A stretch of DNA of 64,000 nt from Coleofasciculus chthonoplastes F2-STO-03 (GTDB taxonomy: Bacteria > Cyanobacteriota > Cyanobacteriia > Cyanobacteriales > Coleofasciculaceae). The stretch lies in contig JAVJWO010000170.1 in assembly GCA_040222015.1 (NCBI GenBank), positions 1 through 64,000 of the forward strand. The letters run 5' to 3'. The notes under the pieces were generated by a model. The model was not told where the DNA came from. It saw nothing but the letters and a program-made list of their open reading frames with translations, and made no database searches. Of this stretch, positions 59,789-64,000 are shown piece by piece. A program made the translations under genes and the position numbers. Within the stretch, counting starts at the first letter, position 1, and each line of letters begins with the position of its first letter.

Positions 59789-61183
59789 TTATCGAATTTC
59801 CCCGCGCCAATTCATTTCCTGTTGGGCTGAGTTTCCCGCAAATGAACGAGTAGCGACTAACTCAATTTCGATCGCGACTCCAGGACGTAGGTATTCGGCT
59901 TCTATGGGGAGTTTGCCAATTTCTAGCGTGTAACGGTTGTTATTGCGAGTGACGAGTTCTGCTGGAATAATTCCTTCATACCGGGTTCTGTAATTATAGA
60001 AGCGACGAAAGCGATCGCCTGAATTGGCAGTACGATATCTTAACCTGAATTGGGTGTCGAGTAAGTCGGACTTTCCGGCTAAGTCCACCACACTAAAGGT
60101 TAACTCTGAACGATTTCCGGCAAAATCTGCCCGCGTCAGTTGGGTGACTTCCTGTTTCAGTAGCGCATTGGTGACGACAAATCGCATCAAATTCCCCTGT
60201 GGCATCATTTTGCCATCAAACCAGACGTCCTCAGGTAAGGATACATCAATGCGTTGATCAGATTTGAGACTGAGGGATATGGGTTGATTATAAAAGTCGG
60301 TAATCGCCCGATCTGCATTCCAGACTAACTCAAAAGACCGTTCTAAACGTCCGATAAACTCCCGATACTGGTTAGCAATGATTGAATTGGGGGCGAGTAA
60401 AGCGGTTGCACCAGTAAGAGTTCGCCATTGATTCAGAGAGAGTGCGATCGCGCCGTTTTGCAGTTGGGGTAGAGTAACGGTAGCGGTGGGTTTGTCTGGG
60501 GGTAAGGCTTCAGTACGATTAATTAATGTCAGCGTCCCCATGCTTCCGTCTTTTCCGTCTTGACCATCTCGACCATCTTGACCATCATCACCCTCTTCAC
60601 ACTCAAATCGCTCAGTTTCGCAGTCTTCCTCACCATTATCTGAATTTTTGGTACAGATTTCTATCTCCCAACTGCGGTCATTACAGTCACAGCCATCCCC
60701 CCCATAAGCGCCGCGTCCAGAACGTCCCCCACGTCCGCCCTGGGAACGCACATAGATTTGTTTCAAATCCTCTCGATTTGTATAATAAACTGTCAATGAC
60801 CCGCCATTTCCACCATCTCCACCATTTCCACCATTTCCACCATCGCCTCCATCGGCGGCTTTTAGGTCATAATCAACCTTTCGTGGCTGTCGGGAACAAT
60901 CTCCATCCTCACCCCGTTTTCCATCATTCCCATCCCCACCATCTCCTCCCGACAACTCCAGATTAATCGGAGAACCATCCACAAAAATTGTCCGATTTTC
61001 CCCATCTCGTCCCCGTCTTCCCGCACGTCCATCTGTACCATCTCGACCATCTTGTCCAAAGTCTCGTTCTGGGTGACGACTCCACGCAACTAAGGGACAG
61101 AAGAGGGAGTTTGAGGTGTGAGGAAAAACAAAGGAGAAGGTTAAGGTTAATAGAATTAAAAATAGCTTTCCAGAGAAATGCAT
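59789..61183 (-). CDS. Collagen-like (Gly-X-Y) exported protein
   Basis: Signal-like N-terminus; GQDGRDGTDGRAGRRGRDG, GGDGGNGGNGG, GDDGQDGRDGQDGKDG interrupted by Cys-containing spacers; ATG at 61183. Confidence 0.8.
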   Translation of the reverse strand: MHFSGKLFLILLTLTFSFVFPHTSNSLFCPLVAWSRHPERDFGQDGRDGTDGRAGRRGRDGENRTIFVDGSPINLELSGGDGGDGNDGKRGEDGDCSRQPRKVDYDLKAADGGDGGNGGNGGDGGNGGSLTVYYTNREDLKQIYVRSQGGRGGRSGRGAYGGDGCDCNDRSWEIEICTKNSDNGEEDCETERFECEEGDDGQDGRDGQDGKDGSMGTLTLINRTEALPPDKPTATVTLPQLQNGAIALSLNQWRTLTGATALLAPNSIIANQYREFIGRLERSFELVWNADRAITDFYNQPISLSLKSDQRIDVSLPEDVWFDGKMMPQGNLMRFVVTNALLKQEVTQLTRADFAGNRSELTFSVVDLAGKSDLLDTQFRLRYRTANSGDRFRRFYNYRTRYEGIIPAELVTRNNNRYTLEIGKLPIEAEYLRPGVAIEIELVATRSFAGNSAQQEMNWRGEIR

Positions 61184-61301
61184 GGGTATCAATAGAACTC
61201 TGTAACCTGGGGAACAATTCCCCAATCAAGGGATGACTGAGGTGTGGGGAGATTGGTTCCGGAGAGTGTTGACCTTTCACGACCTTCAAGGGAACCGGAT
61301 T

Positions 61302-61365
61302 TGTAGGGGCGGGTTTAGGGACTACTGTTGATTGTTTTCCCTAACTTGGCTGCAAAACCCGCCCT
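61302..61365. repeat. REP-like element
   Basis: TGTAGGGGCGGGTTTAGGGACTA...CAAAACCCGCCCT; closest to the 7383 copy. Confidence 0.85.
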
Positions 61366-61383
61366 TTTTTAATCGTGCTAATA

Positions 61384-61524
61384 CCTATTCACTATTCCCT
61401 ATTTCCTATTTCCAATGACCAATGACGAATGACGAATGACCAATGACCAATGACCAATGACCAATGACAAATGACGAATGACAAATGACGAATGACAAAT
61501 GACCAATGACCAATGACCAATGAC
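61384..61524. repeat. Mixed heptamer STRR array (CTATTCC-like, then AATGAC[C/G/A])
   Basis: About 20 tandem heptamers directly visible. Confidence 0.93.
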
Positions 61525-61531
61525 GCTCTAC

Positions 61532-63328
61532 CTACTTAATAACAGGTAAATCAATTTCAAAGGTTGTTCCTTCACCTTCGACTGAATGACAGTGGATTTT
61601 ACCGCCATGTTTCTCCACCACAATTTTATAGCTAACTGATAACCCTAATCCTACGGCTGTTCCCACAGATTTGGTCGTGAAAAATGGGTCAAAAATTTCT
61701 TGTTGTACTTCCTGACTCATGCCACAACCATTATCAGTAATGCGAATCATTACAACATCTCGCGCCTTTTGAGATGTGTTGACTGCTAATCCGGCGCTGC
61801 GCTCAAGGACATGAATTTGACTATTCACTTCTTCCCCACCTTCTCTATCTCCCTGATTTCCTCCTCTGATCATTTCCCCCTCTCCTTCCTCTCCAACTTG
61901 CGGTGAAACCGGGCGACTGATCAATCTGGTGTCAATGGTAATAATACCCGGTAATCCCTTCATATCTATCGCATCAATGGCATTGTTGAATATATGAATA
62001 AACACCTGATTCAACTGACTGGCATAAGCCATTAAACAAGGCAAATTATCATGGTTTTGAATTACCCGAATCTCTGGCTTTTTTCCTTGGGGCTTGAGCC
62101 GATGCTGTACCAGTAATAAGGTTGAATTAATCATTTCCTGGATGTCAATCATCCTTTGATCCAGTTCATCCAATGTCGAGAAATTCCGCAGCGCTTGCAG
62201 CGATAGCGTGACATCCATTAGACGTTCCGCACCTATATGAATCGAGTTAAACATTTTTTGCCAATCTTGGGCAATAAACTCTAAATCAATCTGTTCTAGT
62301 AACTGCTGAATTTCTAACGTAGGTTTAGGACAAGCTTGCTGATAGAGGTGCAGCAGGTCGATCAGATCGCGGAAATATGATCGACCTAGAACAATATTGC
62401 CACAAATCCAGGTGATCGGATTATTAAACTCCTGAATTAATGCTGTTGCCATGCGCCCTAGGCTAGATAATTTCTCAGATTGAATCAGTTTAAATTGGGT
62501 TGTTTTCAACTCCGCCAATGCCTGTTCTAATTGAACATTAGCTGCCTCTATTTGAATAGAATTGCTAATATCTTGAAACACCAAAACTGCCCCAATTACC
62601 TTATTTTGTTTATCGTGAATGGGTGTTACACTACCGCCAATGGGAATCCTTTTAGTTTGTCTGGAAATCAAGAGACTATCTTTAGGTATTGAAAAGGGAA
62701 AATTGTTTTCCATCGCTGTTCTTAACGGCAGGTTTACCGATTGCCTTGTGTTTTGAGTAAAAAGTTGAAACACCTCACTTAACTCTTGATCAATTGCCTC
62801 AACGAACTGCCATCCCGTAAACATTTGTGCAACTTCGTTGAGAAAACGGATGCGACATTGAGTATCCGTGACAATCACACCATCCCCCATTTCGCGGAGA
62901 ATCGTGGTTAGTAATTGTTCGCGGGAATAGCGATGTAAGGCAATATCAATCGTGACAAATAATTCCCGTTCTTTAATCGGTTTTAAAATGTAACCAAAGG
63001 GAGACGATACTTTGACTCGTTCTAAGGTACTCAGATCAGAATGTCCAGTGACATAAATCACGGGAATTGAAAGACGTTCCCAAATAACCTGTGCTGCTTC
63101 AATTCCATCCATATTTCCCTGGAGGAAAATATCCATTAACACTAAGTTAGGACGGAGGGTTGTCGCCCTTTCCACTGCCTTCTCTCCCGATGTCGCGATC
63201 GCACAAACACAATGCCCAAATAATTCCAACTGTTCTTTCAGGTTGATAGCGATAATTCGCTCATCTTCGACGACGAGAATATTTATCAGTTTTTCAGAGA
63301 TGTTGTTGGCTAATGTTTTCATGATCAC
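61532..63328 (-). CDS. REC-PAS-HisKA-HATPase hybrid kinase-like protein with H-box His replaced by Gln
   Basis: ILVVEDE..LVLMDI receiver, DGVIVTD PAS, EKLSSLGRMATALIQEFNNP, NQVF..NAIDA, DNGCGM, FDPFFTTK. Confidence 0.88.
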   Translation of the reverse strand: MIMKTLANNISEKLINILVVEDERIIAINLKEQLELFGHCVCAIATSGEKAVERATTLRPNLVLMDIFLQGNMDGIEAAQVIWERLSIPVIYVTGHSDLSTLERVKVSSPFGYILKPIKERELFVTIDIALHRYSREQLLTTILREMGDGVIVTDTQCRIRFLNEVAQMFTGWQFVEAIDQELSEVFQLFTQNTRQSVNLPLRTAMENNFPFSIPKDSLLISRQTKRIPIGGSVTPIHDKQNKVIGAVLVFQDISNSIQIEAANVQLEQALAELKTTQFKLIQSEKLSSLGRMATALIQEFNNPITWICGNIVLGRSYFRDLIDLLHLYQQACPKPTLEIQQLLEQIDLEFIAQDWQKMFNSIHIGAERLMDVTLSLQALRNFSTLDELDQRMIDIQEMINSTLLLVQHRLKPQGKKPEIRVIQNHDNLPCLMAYASQLNQVFIHIFNNAIDAIDMKGLPGIITIDTRLISRPVSPQVGEEGEGEMIRGGNQGDREGGEEVNSQIHVLERSAGLAVNTSQKARDVVMIRITDNGCGMSQEVQQEIFDPFFTTKSVGTAVGLGLSVSYKIVVEKHGGKIHCHSVEGEGTTFEIDLPVIK

Positions 63329-63391
63329 AACGAGAATTAAATGAATTATTTAGGGCAATAAACCATTGAAAAAAACGAAGCGAGTATAATC

Positions 63392-63441
63392 AAGGACAAA
63401 GGACAAATGACAAATGACAAATGACAAATGACAAATGACCA
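63392..63441. repeat. Heptamer STRR (AAGGACA/AATGACA)n
   Basis: About 7 tandem copies. Confidence 0.93.
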
Positions 63442-63447
63442 GACTAA

Positions 63448-64000
63448 TTATTCGGGGAAGGGTAAAACCACTGTAAACCTTGTACCAATACCCAAAACAC
63501 TTTCCACTGACAATGTTCCCCCATGTAAATCAACGGCTTTCTTGACGATGGCTAACCCCATCCCTGAACCTCGAACTGTCCCTGTATTACTGGCGCGGCG
63601 GAATGGCTCAAAGATACAAGGTTGATCCTCTGGTGGAATGCCAATTCCGTTATCTTTTACCTCGACTGTCAGCCGATCATCTTCACAGGTTAGCGTTAGA
63701 TAAACAGAACTGTTTTCTGGAGAATATTTCAAAGCATTGGTGAGTAAATTTCTCACAATCAGTTGCAGGATTTTTTGATCCAGATAAGCGGTTTGACTTT
63801 TGCCGCAACTGCTCCAGGTTATTTTAGCTTGATCACTGGCAATAAGTTGGTATTCGTCGATGAGTTGTTGACAGAAAAGGTTTACATCTAAAGGCATCGG
63901 ATCAAGGAGCAGTTGACCCGCTTCGGCTTGCCCAAAGGTTAATACATCTTCCAGCAATCCTACCATATATTTTACCGCCTGTTTAATTCGCTGGCAATTG
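63448..64000 (-). CDS. Sensor histidine kinase, C-terminal part (gene starts beyond the window)
   Basis: NLLTNALKYSP, DNGIGIP, FEPF.R, GSGMGLAIVK..HGG; frame open to the window edge. Confidence 0.9.
   Translation of the reverse strand, partial: NCQRIKQAVKYMVGLLEDVLTFGQAEAGQLLLDPMPLDVNLFCQQLIDEYQLIASDQAKITWSSCGKSQTAYLDQKILQLIVRNLLTNALKYSPENSSVYLTLTCEDDRLTVEVKDNGIGIPPEDQPCIFEPFRRASNTGTVRGSGMGLAIVKKAVDLHGGTLSVESVLGIGTRFTVVLPFPE

Larger units (their letters stand above)
809..63202. repeat. HIP1 octamer GCGATCGC dispersed through the window
   Basis: Seen at e.g. 809, 1009, 2450, 3187, 5009, 7501, 7524, 24297, 34573, 44003 and 63195; roughly 30 copies by eye, not an exact count. Confidence 0.9.

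Overview
This window is cyanobacterial chromosomal DNA. Frequent HIP1 octamers (GCGATCGC), heptamer STRR arrays, GTAG-type REP-like palindromes, hli genes and pentapeptide/WD40 proteins all point that way; a filamentous Coleofasciculus/Oscillatoriales-like host is inference only. The left part (1-12.6 kb) holds the right end of an IS200/IS605 (TnpB-type) element, MerR, WD40, two hybrid histidine kinases, a truncated hydrolase, an SpmA/B-like membrane protein, two tandem 47-aa HLIP genes missed by the ORF track, and a PQQ/sorbosone dehydrogenase. The core (~12.7-51.9 kb) is a large, rearranged Wzx/Wzy-type exopolysaccharide locus: wza, wzc, wzy, wzx, many GT4/GT2, GT47, GT87 and WecB/TagA. It also carries methyl-, acetyl- (MBOAT+SGNH and AT3) and sulfo-transferases, a beta-helix/FN3/DUF4114 protein with a decapitated paralog, several gene remnants and many MITEs. 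Directly after it lies an apparently complete non-autonomous IS200/IS605 OMEGA element encoding IsrB (PLMP, split RuvC, no HNH). It has an upstream omega-RNA scaffold, twin terminal hairpins and a reconstructable empty site predicting a TTGA TAM. The right part holds DUF3153, cobS, tgt, a ParDE-type TA pair with a frameshifted toxin, MscS, a collagen-like protein and two kinases, one with the phospho-His replaced by Gln. No CRISPR array, rRNA or tRNA was seen. All family calls come from motif recognition by eye, not database searches.
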